A DNA stretch of 64,000 nucleotides from the NCBI RefSeq assembly GCF_036321535.1, contig NC_087437.1:39682001-39746000 (forward strand), given 5' to 3'. The stretch comes from Camelus dromedarius. Lineage: Eukaryota. The notes beneath the pieces were generated by a model, which saw only the letters and a program-made list of their open reading frames with translations, ran no database searches and had not been told where the DNA came from. Shown here piece by piece: positions 1 through 13,138 of this stretch. The position numbers and the translations under genes are program-made. How positions within the stretch are numbered: the stretch's first letter is position 1; every line of letters starts with the position of its first letter.

Positions 1-903
1 TGAAGTGATGAGCTCAATAGAGACTAAAGGTTAAAGAGTTTTGAGAATGACCGTCCCTTTATAAGAGCCCTGGCTTGGCTCTGTGCCAGAGCAGACGTTA
101 TATTTTGCACCCCCGACCCTAGTCCAAGGAGCGGTAACAACGTAAAATTGGGACATGTATTTGATTTATCGTTGATCCTTCTCTGACATTTCTCATGAGC
201 TATAGTTTTCTAATTGGAGGCAGAGTAAAAAGTCCGTGGTAAAGCACATCTCTACCGATGGCAGATTTGTTAAAACAAATACCAAATCATGTCCCCTTTG
301 TGCAAAATGATGTAAAGGGCATGTTTTCATGGACATCTTAAAGCATAGATTCTACTCACTGACATTAAACTGGATTTTAAAAATATATGTGTGTGAATGC
401 TAAAGCAAACCAAACGTGATTTAAAAACTATGTAAACTACCTATGCCTCTCAGGACAATAAAAGATGACGTCAGGTTGGTGGGACCGACTCATAACAATG
501 GACGTCTTCTTTATTAGAAAAGTTTACGTGTTTCGTATTTACTTATTACAAAGTAGGATTTTGCCTTGGGGGAAAATGCAAATCTTAAATCAAACCCTCA
601 TATCAAACTCTCATTTCACTTTGCTCTCCCCTTGACTGGTGCAGGGGAGGGCGGTGGGGAGGTCAGACATAAAAACAGGTGGATGAAATCCTCCTTGTTC
701 CAACATTTTTTTTTTAAATTCTGGTTACTATTGCTGTAAATTAGTCTTTACTTCTCTTTTGTTAACTTACTTCATCCACGGCGGAGGTGTGACAGTGCCA
801 TGGCAAAGTAGTTCCCTTCCCCTCATTCCATTCTGAGCATCTCTTTATCTCATTTCTTCCCTTCCTTCACATGGACTTGTTTTCCTTTGCAGACTTTACC
901 CAC

Positions 904-968
904 TGTTTTTTGTTGTTGTTTTGTTTTGTTTTGTTTTGTTTTGTTTTGTTTTGTTTTGTTTTGTTTTT
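904..968. repeat. (TTTTG)n pentanucleotide microsatellite
   Basis: About 10 perfect TTTTG units directly visible; source of the FCFVL/KTKQN pseudo-ORFs. Confidence 0.97.
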
Positions 969-1325
969 GGCTCTTGCCAGTAGAAATCTACTTCCTGGCC
1001 ACTCTTCCTTCTGACCTTTTCAGGTTCAAGTGCCTTTTTGCCAATTACTGCACTGGGAGGTGGGGACAGAACACCACACATAATAGGCCTGGGCAGTTGA
1101 GGAGGTAGGCGCTGAACACTGAATCCCAATAAAATTTGATAAAAGATATGGTAGAAGCTTAGTGTGCTATGGTCACAAATAATTGGGACATAATTTAGCC
1201 TGTGAAGAGCAGTCAGGAAAGTTTTTCCAGTGAAGTAACAATTAAATGAAACCCAGTGGACAAATAAGAATCTTCTGAAAGAGGGAACAAGGGTTGGCCT
1301 GTATGAAGGCCCAGATGAGGCTCGT

Positions 1326-1373
1326 TTATTCACTCATTCACTAAATACTTACTGACAGTCTCCTACGTGCCAG
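1326..1373 (-). mobile_element. L2 LINE 3' end fragment
   Basis: ttcactcattcactaaatacttactgacagtctcctacgtgccag resembles the reverse complement of the L2 3' terminus. Confidence 0.6.
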
Positions 1374-2859
1374 TCTCACAGGTGTCTCTTATGTCATCTG
1401 TACTGGTCTTCCATTTGTCGACGTAAAACTCTGATATTTGGGAAAACATAGAGTGCACTTTTTGAACCCCCCAGATATACCTGAACTAGAAATTAATGTT
1501 GGAAACAATAGAGGATGAGATGAAAACGACATTATGGGTTACTGTTTGTTTAGAGCCTGCTTTGGGAAAACTTCTACTGCTTCCCTTCTGTCTCCACCCC
1601 AGCAGTAGTTGAGCAAATTCTCGATGATAGGGGCCCCTTGTTCACGCTGCAGTGGTGACTGGTGGAGAAGGAAAAATGACGGGAAGAAACGGAGAAAGAA
1701 AATACATCTTTCTTCCTTCTGGAAGCAAAGCATTGTGATGCATTTCAGAAATTCCTCCCTAAAACACTATATATTTGACAAACACAACAACATAACTGCA
1801 TCCATTTCTGGGTCTTATTAAAACCTGGAAGGGGAACGATCAATGATCTTCTCCTAATACCCAAGGGGAGAACCTTGCCAAACTGTGCTAAAGAGATTTG
1901 ATCAGTGGTTATTTCATAAAACATACTCTCAATATATACATGTTTTCAAAAGTTAGCTTGGTGAGCTGTGAAAAATGTAGGCCCTAAATATCCAAGGGAA
2001 AGTGTTGACAGCATCCATTTAGGAAGAATACAACTTTGCTTATGTTATTTAAGATATTTAATATCAAGGCATACTAAAATGTCCTCTATTTTAAGTAATG
2101 AAATGAGTTAAGTAGATTCACATGTATGGAGTGGGAGTCAGGGGAGAGCCATGAATGTCCTTCCTCATTTCAAAGGTCAAAGACAGCATTAATTATTTTT
2201 AACTAATGTCTATTTAACCACATGCAAACTTAAATCAGTTTGGGTCTGACTGATTCAAAGCCATTCTTTGGTTCCCTGCTCTGCTGCAATAATTGACTAG
2301 GTTAGACTTTGGAAAGGTCAAAAGAATGGACTCAGTTCATATTATTTCAGCTAATAACACAGTTCTTAAATCAAAATTTGAGAATTGATCTTTCAAAGTC
2401 ACTTTTCCTCTCTATATTCATATGTAATTTCGAATTAAATGATAGATAGATCCAAACCTCACTTTTTATTTAATTACTTTTTAGTAACAGAAGACACAGT
2501 GGGAGGGTTTTTTAACAAGATCTAGGTTTGTCTCAAAAAAAAAAAATTCAAAAGGGAATTAAGAAAACCATGGGAAACTTGGCATTTAGCGAAGTTCTAA
2601 TGAATGCAATTGGATGTGGGCAATCTGAAGGAAAAAATTTAGGCAGACATAATGCCAAGCAAGAGAGAAATGAAAACGATCTTAGGTGCAGTTCAGGCAA
2701 AATGGAGAGCACAGAAGAGTCAGGTATTTTGGCAATTAGGTCTTACAAGGCTTTAAACATCGCACTAGACATTACAGTTGCTACTTTAGGATCAGGTCTT
2801 CCCCAGATCACTTAGCACCATCTGCCCAGCCTGCGCCTTTGGTTGAGACCACAGTTTCA

Positions 2860-3272
2860 TCCTAGCTTTGCCCTCTCTCTCCGGGAATGGTCCCCCTCAC
2901 CCTGGTGTGCCAGGCTTGTCATAGACCATCATTCAAACGGTACATGGAATCCACCTTCTTCTCCCAAAACTCTTCAGACTAATTTACGGTCAGATGATGA
3001 TTTCTCCTCAAGGTTCCCTTGTCAAACCCTGCAATTCTCACCAACTGTCTTACTCTCATCACGCCCCAATATGCATTTACCCCTGGGCCTGCAGATATTG
3101 AAATCCTTATAGACTATGTGCATCTGCCCAATGTTTATTCAGTTGCATGTACATCTTTCAAACGTGTTCTATGACAGTTTTATCTCTCACACCTTAGATG
3201 GCAGAGAACATATGCACTTAATGCATTTTGCATTACGCCTAGCACGTCACCAGGTGTTGATAATATTCAACA
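2860..3272 (+). mobile_element. Degraded L2 LINE 3' region
   Basis: Pyrimidine-rich L2-like blocks (ctcttcagact...gatttctcctcaaggttccct; ttagatggcagagaac...cctagcacgtcaccaggtg). Confidence 0.45.
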
Positions 3273-4077
3273 AGTGCCTCTGATTATGACATAGTCAAAT
3301 GTCATTTTAGATGCACAAGAAGTGGTGTGCGTACATAGACAAAATAAAATTCAGAAAGAGAAAATCTTCTAGAATAAAATTTAATCTCTGACTTGGCTCT
3401 TTTCAAATTGTATCCTAATACCACATTAACAGAACCAAAATGAAATGAAATAGAGGGTTATAATATTATTCATTTCATATAAGGTCAGGTCTTTTGTCTG
3501 AATTAAAGGGTTCCTTTTTCACAAACTAATTAGGAGACTGTCCCTTAAGCTAGTACTAGGGACCTCGCCCATTTTAAAAAGGAAGAGTGTTCAAATTAAG
3601 GTTGGTATAAAGTTTAGAGGTACTTTCAAAACCTAGCTGTAGATTTTTATAATAAATATATTTTATGGTGGATTATTCCCCAATCATTCAATCTATAAAG
3701 CATGCTGACTATATTTAAACCTGAATAAATTCCACTTTTTCCTTGTGTCAAAATGCCAGGTTGGCTAAATAATCTTACATTTCTAACCATGCTTAAAGAA
3801 ATATAAAATTTATGTATGGGATGAGAAAGACATTCATAGATAATGTTTCTGGCTTCAGTACCAAGCACATTAATATTTTTCTCCTAAATCTGAAACCAAA
3901 TGTTTGGTTTCCTAATATTTTTCCTGTCTACTGGATTTTTCTTTCCTTCTTCCATGTGGTCACTCACAGCCTGGCCTTTGTGTATTCTCCCAAGAAAGAA
4001 TTGTTTATTTATATTAGCAGTCCTTTCTGGGGCTCCCTGTAGACACTGTTTCCAATGGCATGTGGAGTTACTAAGCT

Positions 4078-4887
4078 TTTATTGTTGACAAGTGGTAGGT
4101 GGGATCCAAGCTTTTGTGGTTAAATTGTTTATTGATAATTACCTGTTAATTACCCCACTGCCTGACTCCTGTAATTTACTATAATCATTACTTTCCTTTT
4201 TCTTGAAAACCGTGTGTACAGAAAACAAAAAGTGAAGACAAAAAATATACTTCCTTGCCACCCTAAAAAAAAAGGTTGGTTTCTTAATTAAAACCATTTA
4301 GAGTCAGAACATTTTCTCATCATATAATATTTGGATTTGGAAAAGCAAGCCAGTGTTATTAATGTAATTATAACTATGCCTCATAATTGATTTATAACTG
4401 GTGAAAATAATTTTGGGTGGCAATCATCAAATTAGGTGTCAAATAGTATTCTTGAGTCATTAGTGTTTCATTTTACTATAGAATTTCCTTCCTAGAGTTG
4501 GCCAGAGATTTTTTACTAAATCGAAGCCTTGATACAAAATAGGCTAAACTCCATAATATTTGCTGAAGTTTGAAGCTTTTTTACATCAAAATTCCAACAT
4601 CCGAGGCTTTGTTCCAATGCAAGTACATAATACTCTTGATTTCCCCAGCTAAACTCCATAATATTTGCTGAAGTTTGAAGCTTTTTTACATCAAAATTCC
4701 AACATCCGAGGCTTTGTTCCAATGCAAGTACATAATACTCTTGATTTCCCCAAGGTATGCATAGAGAGACCTTTACACTTTTAACAGGGTTGTCATCCCT
4801 ATGGTATAGTCCTCCTGAACCAGCCCCGATGTAAGAATGTATCCATGTCCAGGGAGATAACAATGGACTGCTTCCGTTTCCACACAT
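4078..4887 (-). ncRNA. Candidate terminal exon of a minus-strand spliced transcript
   Basis: Acceptor catatttctttag|ATGTGTGG at 4887; no strong donor seen; minus-strand AATAAA at 4128-4133 and 4078-4083. The 3' end is approximate. Confidence 0.35.
4543..4752. repeat. Perfect 105-bp tandem duplication (4543-4647 and 4648-4752)
   Basis: Two identical copies of gctaaactccataatatttg...ctcttgatttcccca read base by base. Confidence 0.97.
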
Positions 4888-5470
4888 CTAAAGAAATATG
4901 CTCTAATCCTCACTCCACAAAGCTCTTTCAATACTGTGCATCTGGTAAAATATCTTGCCACTAGTAAAAATTAAGTTAACAATTAAGTCCAACTTTCTGA
5001 GAATCAAAATTAGCTCTCCCAAGCAAGCAGATGGATTTATTAGGCATATATTCTTGAAATGTATTATACAAAGGACGGCAAGGAATGAACAAATAAAATT
5101 CCCAAATAGCAAAACCAAAAAAGCCCTGAACTAACTATAGCCATCATCTCGCCTTTCTCACCAACTGCCTCTTGTTTCCCCCCTTTGGACTGTATCATTA
5201 CTGTATTACACTCCTCAATAGGTATTTTCATGTTGTATTGAAAGTAAGCATGGTCAAGGTGAACCCATGAACTTTGTTGGCATCTTTGATTAAAAATGAA
5301 TTTCAGAATTGTCTGTGGTTCACACCACTCACTTTACCTCGACAGGAAGAAGCACAGAGATGAAAAGCAAGAATCCTGGATGTGCATTATGCCAGTCAAT
5401 CTACACACATCTTCTGTGGGACTCCCCATGCTAAATACAGCCCTTTTAAAAAAACAGATCATTTTAAAAC

Positions 5471-5725
5471 CACAGTGGAAAGACCATGGCATTTGGAGCT
5501 CAAATAGCTGGATTGGAGTCTAGGCTTGACACTTACTAGACGTATAAACATGGACAAATCGCTTAACCTCTCTGAACTTATTTTCATCTTAAAAAAAATG
5601 GAATAAAAATTAATAATATTGATCCAACTCATTTCTTGAAGTTCTTATAATGATGGCAATGATGTCATGATATGATAATGCACATGAATACACTTTATAA
5701 ACTGAAAAGCAATGTGTGATTATAA
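5471..5725 (+). mobile_element. MIR SINE
   Basis: cagtggaaaga...ttggag...cacttactag...ggacaaatcgcttaacctctctgaac...aaaatggaataa core and 3' tail. Confidence 0.8.
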
Positions 5726-7563
5726 TACTCATGATTAATCATGAAAATAATAAACACTCTTTTAAATAATCATTAAAAGAACTTTGCTGGACATAGAGAA
5801 TAAACAGAGGGTCAAAACTATTTAAAAATCTAAGTCAGAGTGTCAATACGCACACAATATAGCATTTCAAGAAATATTTTTCCTAGGGAGAGATTAAAGT
5901 CAGGAGAGGAAATGGAACGGCTTCAGTTGCTGTCATTGCATTCTTAGTATTTTACTTGGGAGAATGAGCCTTGTCAAATGGAAAGACTGAAATGAATACA
6001 TTTCTCAGCTGCTTAGCAGATATGTTTTCCAATATAAGCTAAACATTTCAACCAACCTCACTTCCATGTGAATATTTACACTCTTCAATAGGTGATGGGA
6101 ACGTTAAGGGGAATGGGTTGATCTTGGCCTTGGAATTATATGGCCTGGGTGTAAATTTATTCTTAATCTTCAGCCATTATGTTTTAACATTCCTAGCTGA
6201 AATTTGGTTGAGCTATCAAATTGTTCAAAGGCCAGTTCATGCCACAGCCCAAGAACCACTACTGGGAGAAGGTGGAAACCCCAAACCACAACCAAGTCCA
6301 TCCATAGCGTTTTTCCCCATGAAGGTTACCACCACATACTTAACATTGTTAGACAAATTGCTACCATTACCAAGCCAAACAATTGTGTTTTTATGTTTTT
6401 AAATAGTTTTGGTAGCTCTTTAGAAACTTTACAGCTGGAAAGGAACTACATCTTGATGGAGCTACATTTATAGAATTTTGTTCTCTGCCACTTTTTCATT
6501 GGTTTCCTGATCTAAACAATAGTCCCCGTTGCCAGCTGCACATCGGTTACTCACAGGCCTGGTCTGGGTCTGTGATTCAGCCAAGCTCTGCACAATCATC
6601 CCAGCTCCCAATAGTTTATCATCATTGTTTTGTATAATTAGAAACAGAATTATTTATATGCCCCTGCTTACTCTTCAAGCAAATTTACAAGGCAACTGTC
6701 TCTCTTAATCTACAGTAGACCTAATGTAAACAGTAATGCAAAAGAATATTCAGATTTATTACATTACCTCCTTAAAGATCAATATTTAAATGAATACATA
6801 TTGTGCTAATTTAAACATTGCAGCCCATCGCACAGCTATCTACACGAGAAATTTACAGTGGCCTAAGACATTTTTATTTCCCGTTCCTGCTTCCTAGGAA
6901 TACCTTTTTCAAATGGAAAAAAAAAAAAAGAGTTACAAGTTCAATGTTAATTAGCCTCATTTATAAACTTTCATCTAAACCTGTAACCTCAACAGACAAT
7001 ATATTAAGCTATGAAAAGGAGAATTAAAGTTCCATTGAATGTGACCCAGATGAGAAAATGAAGCCTGCTCCACCCCACGCAGCACAAGCCGTGCGGTTCA
7101 GGGTAGACGGCGATGTGGAGGCGCTACAAAACCGAGCCACAACCTGCTGATCTTAGAGCAGTTATTTTAGTTTTACTCTGCAGTTCCTGGATCCTGTGGG
7201 TTTAAATCACTCCCTCTCTTTATTTAGATCTCATCTTGGAGCTTTAAAATAGTATCCTGTTGACAACAATCTGAGGTCCTTCAGACCTAATATCACGTCA
7301 AGCTGCAGGGCTGAGACCTTACATGCCAAGTCCCAGCCTATGATGAATTTTTATAAGTGAGTTATAAACCCCTCAAAAACAGGGTTTATAATGGAAATGC
7401 TGACAGACTCTTAACTATCGAATTTCTAGTGGGTTCCTGTTTAATATACTGTATTTCTTCCCCTTGAAGATATTAATTTACTTTTTGAAATGTTCATTGC
7501 TAAGATTAAGCGTAGGTTTTTGAAATGTGTTCATAGGCAATTTATGCATGAGTAGAAACGTAC

Positions 7564-7637
7564 TCTTCTCCAGATGTACAGAATACTAATTTGAAAATGA
7601 TTTATAGGCCACACCGTACTGTACGCTCCATTCCCTT
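7564..7637 (-). ncRNA. Candidate internal exon (74 nt)
   Basis: Minus strand gtcttaacttttcag|AAGGGAATGG...GGAGAAGA|gtacgt; good pyrimidine tract and donor. Confidence 0.4.
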
Positions 7638-8618
7638 CTGAAAAGTTAAGACAAGGTTTTCCTCTGACATAACACCGGGATCCTCTATATATTGTAAATA
7701 CAGTGTTATTAGCAATGGTTGTATAAATTCTTGAGATGTCAACTCGAGGATGGGTCAAAATAGAAAGGGTGAGCTTCTGGGACCAGTGGAATAAGGAGGA
7801 AAAAATGGGAAGGTTCAAGAAGAAAAAAATTAACATAAGTATGTATCCAAAGAGAAGTTTTCCATCTTAAAGGAGTATTTCCTTGTTTTGTCCAAATTAG
7901 ATCTCTAGAATCTTAGAATGACAGAATTGAAAGAATTTTAGAAGGCATCTTAGACATTGCAACCTGGGGACCGGAGGGCCAAATTAAGCCCCCTAATATA
8001 AGTAAGGCACATAAAAATGTTAGTATCTAATGATGTCAGTAAGTCCTTGGAAAATTTCACCCCAAAAGGCAAATTTATATTTCTCTTACAAAATGGAAAG
8101 ATTTGAACACAGTTAACTTCCACTCTTTCATAGAAACAGCTGGCCGGGCTGAGTATGGTCCCTTTGGAACGGGAGTGAGCCCTTTGCTGTGCCAGTGTCC
8201 ACTCTTTCTGTTTCACACACTCCTGTTACCCTCCTAGCTCCCGATGCGTCATGTTTGTGAATCCTGTCCAGAGATTATCTTGCCCAGGAATCCAACCTTA
8301 TGTGTGACAAGGCTGGGATGAAAGTAAGGTCAAATCTTATACATTTCCCTCTCTGCATCATCAGCACATTATCCTCCAACATAGATCCCTTACTTGGTTA
8401 ATTCCCTGCAGAGTGAAAGATGACCCCAGTGAAAAATAAATGCAAAACTCAAAAAATCAGGGTCATCAGCAACTATGGCTTTCTTTACCCCCTTGCCATC
8501 CGATTTAAAGAGGGCTAAGTTCTACACTTCAGTGACTCTTCCAAGGTACAAGAAAACCTCTTGTAATTCCAAAGGGCATGATGTTTTAAAAGCTGGCAAA
8601 AGCTTTTTGTATCTCAAA

Positions 8619-8797
8619 CACTGGTTTTCAAACCTTGGCTTTGCTCAAAAATCACCTGCAGAGTGCTTAAAATTATTAAGCCTGAGCCCCACAACAGATT
8701 TATTAAGTCAGAATTTGTAAGTGTGAGACTCAGGCATAATATTTGAAAAACAATTCCTTAGACGATTCTAGTGAACAGCCAGGGTTAACAAGCACTG
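8619..8797 (+). mobile_element. MER5A-like hAT-Charlie DNA transposon (MITE)
   Basis: Degenerate TIRs cactggttttcaaa ... ttaacaagcactg; internal aatcacctg...gccccac...tcagaat...gattctagtg; ~180 bp. Confidence 0.8.
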
Positions 8798-9017
8798 GTC
8801 CAGAAGGCAATTGATGATTTTATTATATCCAAGTGGAAATATTAAACATATTTTGGGGTAGGAAAATTGATGTGCAATAGAAAAAGGCTTTAAAGGCAGT
8901 TTTAAACTGTTTCCAGATAAACACAATGATAGTAAAGGGTAAAGAACAAAAAGATCTTGAAACAGAGTGACCTCTTGCCTAAACAAAGGAGTTAAAAGAT
9001 TACCCATAGCTACTCAC

Positions 9018-9059
9018 TTCATGGTAATCTGCTTTCATCACTGAGGAAGAACGGTCTTC
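9018..9059 (-). ncRNA. Candidate internal exon (42 nt; alternative acceptor gives 9018-9068)
   Basis: Minus strand ctcactgtttatttcccagctattttag|GAAGACCG...CCATGAA|gtgagt. Confidence 0.4.
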
Positions 9060-9533
9060 CTAAAATAGCTGGGAAATAAACAGTGAGCATATAAATGACA
9101 AATCAGGCAGCAGGGAAAGGTGCAGTATCTCTGAAGGATGACACAAGATGTATAGGAGCTCCAGGTTAAGAATAGTTCTCAGTGTTTCCTGGAAAGGAGT
9201 CTCATATCCTCAGGAAGAAGAGACTATCTCAGAATATCCCATCTGGATGCACAGAGGACGGAAGTCACATTTACAGTAAGAGCAGAGCTTAAGCAGAGAA
9301 TAAACTATAATTATATCTGGTAAAATCAGAAAAGCATTACTCATATAGGGACTATTTGTAAAAATATGGATGTTATGTTAATGGCAGGACTATACAAAAG
9401 CTTACAAGGTAACAGGGACTTTGTTTAGCTTTCAGAATCCTGGTTGCATGAGGTTGAAAGATATAATTTTCTCAAGCAAGCAAACAAAAAAAACCCTACA
9501 TATATACACATAATGTATGTACGGGTGTGCAGG

Positions 9534-9536
<3 letters not shown>

Positions 9537-9573
<37 letters not shown>
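9537..9573. repeat. (TG)n microsatellite, about 18 units
   Basis: Directly visible. Confidence 0.97.
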
Positions 9574-9576
<3 letters not shown>

Positions 9577-9897
9577 GTGCAGATCAAGTGATACCTGTTT
9601 CTGAAAATGCTTCCTAGTGTAGAGGATATTGATGATTTTTCTTGACATTCTATTCCAAAAGCTAAAAAAATGATGAACTTCATGAAAGATTTTAGTAATT
9701 AATGCCTAATTGCTCATGCCTTCTGTTAAGATTCATCAAATGTTGCCTTGAATTGAAAAGATTATAGCTTAGAATCCAGAGATATTTTAACCAATATCTG
9801 CAGTCCTTTAAAAATTCCAAAGCAATTCTTCCCTGTTCCCTCACCATCCCCAACATGCTGACAATGTGCGTGATGACAAAAATAACATGTAAAATTT

Positions 9898-10125
9898 CAG
9901 CTGTCATATTTGAGCCCCTGTAACAAATCAGACACTGTGCTAGAAAGTTTAAATATGTTGTCTTTAAACCTTATAACAAGATAGAAAAGTAATTATTATT
10001 TTACCTCTTGGAAGAAAGGAAATTAAAACAGTAAGGAGCTTGCCCACATTCACATGGCTGGCTGGAAGCAAGTCTGAGATTCAAGTCCAATTCTACTCCA
10101 AAGCCCTTAACCTTTCTATGATAAT
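9898..10125 (-). mobile_element. MIR SINE
   Basis: atttgagc...cagacactgtgcta...cttgcccacattcacatggctg...gattcaagtcc...actccaaagccc. Confidence 0.75.
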
Positions 10126-10722
10126 GCACTCTGCTAGAGTGTGTATGTGTGTATACACAAATACCATAATTTTTTAAGCAGAAGATTTGGATACCTTTAT
10201 TGAAATTTGTAGTGCTAGTTGTATAAAATGCTCTCCCTCCATTTTTCTTTCTGTTAAAAAAAAAGCTCATAACAGCCTCTATTTTTGATTGAGGATGTCA
10301 GTTATTAGAAAGAGTGGAATTTGAGTCATCACTGATGTCAAGTCAATAACATTGCTATGGTTATCCCAAACTAATGATGTCAGCACTGAGAACATATTTA
10401 GAATATATTTTATTTAAATCACCATATATGTTAAAGTTAGGATAAAAATAGCCATGTAAAGATGAAGAAGCATATTTCTAAAGGCACAGAGGCATTACTG
10501 TTAAGGATTCTATGGAAATATACAATTTTGATACCAATATATAATACATCTCAGTAACTGAGAGGCATATTGGCAGATATTAAAATGGTAAAAAAAAAAA
10601 AAAAAGGAGTTCTCAAAGTAATCAAGGAGAATATCTTACCGAATGTGGTATGTGAAAATGACTTAGAGCTAAGGAAACTAGTCAGAAGAAACAGTGATCT
10701 CAGTCTTTCTCTCTCAAACAAG

Positions 10723-11350
10723 CAATCAATTTTATTGAGAAGGGGTTCTTTCATTTTAAGTGAGTAGGTCAATGACTTTTGACAAATGTATATAGCCACA
10801 TAACCACCACTACGGTTGAGACCTAAAACAGTTCCATCTCCCCAGAGAGCTCCCTCATGTCCCTTTTTCAGTCAGTTTCCCCTTCTCCACAACCCACCCT
10901 AGGCAATTATTGACCAGTATAGATTCGTTTTTCTATACTAATCAGTATAGATTTGTTTCCCTGTTCTAGAATTTTATATAAATGTAATCAGAGAGTGTGT
11001 ACACCTTAGTGTCCAGTTTCTTTTGCCCAGCACAAGGTCTAAGAGATTCATCCACTGCACAGTGTATATGAATAGTTCATTCCTATTCATTGCTAAGTAG
11101 TATTCCAGTGCAGGAAACACCAAATTTGTTTATTTACTCAACTATTAGTAGATATTTGTGTAGTTTCCAGTTAACTGATATTATGATTAACAGTACAGGG
11201 ACCACGTGTGTGCATGTCTTTTTGTGGACCTATAGTTCCATTTTTCTTGGGTAAACATCTAAGACTGATTTACTAGACTGTAAGTAAGAAGCTTCTAAGC
11301 TGAAAGTGGAGGCGCTATTTTGCATTCCCACCAGCAATGTATCAGATGTC
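10723..11350 (-). mobile_element. Old L1 (L1M-class) 3' region
   Basis: ttttgacaaatgtatatagcc...ttctagaattttatataaatgtaatca...gagattcatcca...tttccagtt...attttgcattcccaccagcaatgtat typical of antisense L1M 3' ends. Confidence 0.85.
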
Positions 11351-11589
11351 TCTCTTTTGAGATACATTTTTCTACTTTCAAGGGCCTAATATTGCCCCTT
11401 GAGGCTTGAGACATTATCTCGATGGTCAGGCAGAATAGCAAAAAATGAAAACAAAAAATAAACAAACAATCAAACAAAAACTCTGTGCTACATATTAACC
11501 ATCCCAATTGTTTGGGGAGTGTGTCTGATGGTCTTCTACAGTCTCCCTGGTAGGGAGGATAGAGGTTTCCTCCATGTCTCCGTGTTCCT

Positions 11590-13138
11590 GTCAAATTATC
11601 CAATCAACAGTCTCTTGTCCAATCTCATTTTCCTTGGCAGCACCATTGCCCACCACCTCTTTCTTAAAATATTTTAAGAAGTATTAAGAAATAAGAAAGT
11701 TCTCTTTCACAGACTAGAATGACACAACACTCCTGATTTTTCTCCTATTTCACAGAGTGCTTCCACTTCATCTCCTTTATTGGCTCCTTTTTAGATGTTA
11801 TAGTAACTGAGAATATCTGAGATTTAAGCCCTCTTCTCATCTCTGCACTCTCTTCTTCAAGATGTTTCATTCAGTTCAAGGACTTTAAAGACCATCTATG
11901 TTCATGATTCTCAAATGTATGTCATCAGTCCTGGCCTCACGTCTGAGTTCCAGACCTTTTATATCTAGTTGCCTATTTGACATCTCCATTTTAGATGCTT
12001 CATAGATATCTCAAATTCTGTTTCCTCCATATGGAACTCTTGAAGTGCCTCCCTCCCCACTCACTCCTCACTGAGCCACTCTTTTCTCAGTCATCACTAT
12101 CCCCAAAATGGCACCACCTGTCATCCATTTTCTTAAGCCAATCATGTAGAAGTTATACTCAACTTCTTTTTTTTCTCTTTATCTACATCCAATCCATCAG
12201 AAGAGCATTTTGGGAGCTCTTTCTTTAAAATATATCTAGAAACTGTCCACATGTCTCTCTCTTCCACCTCCTCAAATCTATCGCCATTTATTACAGCAGT
12301 CCCTCCGCTAATATCCCTACAACTGGTTCTCCTCACAGCAACCTTCGTGATCTTTAGACAACATAAATCAGATCATGCCATCTCTCGCCCCTGTTAAAAT
12401 GCTCTTATGGCTTTCTACTGCATCTTGAATAAAATCCATATTCCTTATACCATAACCTACACAGCACTACCATACTCCCTTGCTTGCAGGACAAGTGTTG
12501 TCGTCAACTGTAATGTCAATGAATAAAAGGGACAGGGTGAAACACATGTGTCTAACTGCTTGTAAGGGACCAAACTCAACAAGTGACCATTTATACTGTC
12601 TTCTATAACAGTGTGAAGACATAACAACATAGGTAACCAATGTACATCTGCTACCTCCAATTTGTGACCAGTTCTAGCCCCCCATCTAGTCTCTATTATT
12701 CCTCTCTCCCTTTGTTTACTATGCTCCTGGCCTTTCTGATGGTCCCCAAATATGGCAACCTTTTTCTTGCCTCAGGGCCTTTGCATCTGCTGTTGCCTCT
12801 GCCTGGAATGCACTCCTGCCTGATTTTCACATCACCAGCTCCTTCCATCATCCAGACCTCACTCAGCCCATCTTCAGGGAACCTCCCCTCACTTCTTCCT
12901 TTAAAGTAGCCCCCTCATCACCATGCTTACCCCCAGGCACCGTGATATGACCTTATTTTGTTTCTCTCTTCATATTTTTCACTGTTTGGAATTTGCTTAT
13001 TTATTGATTGATAGAATATCAATTTTCACTACAGGAATGGAGGCTCTATAAGGGCAGAGATATTGTCTATCTGCTTTATATGGACCTGCAGCTTTTATGC
13101 ATGCTGTAAGTGTTTAAATACATCTGTTGAAGTAATGG
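11590..13138 (+). mobile_element. Long L2 LINE fragment extending to the 3' end
   Basis: Collinear L2 motifs (gacacaacactcctg, tttgacatctccatt, catccaatccatca, aaatcagatcatg, ctcagggcctttgca...tgcctggaatgc, aagggcagagatattgtc); interrupted at ~12471-12662. Confidence 0.85.

Noticed and set aside
887..1333. ORFs 887-1108 (+) and 896-1333 (-)
   Set aside because: Extended by the (TTTTG)n microsatellite; no protein-like composition
4516..4887. 123-aa ORF with an internal 35-aa repeat
   Set aside because: The repeat is the 105-bp DNA duplication; no recognisable homology, so not called as a CDS
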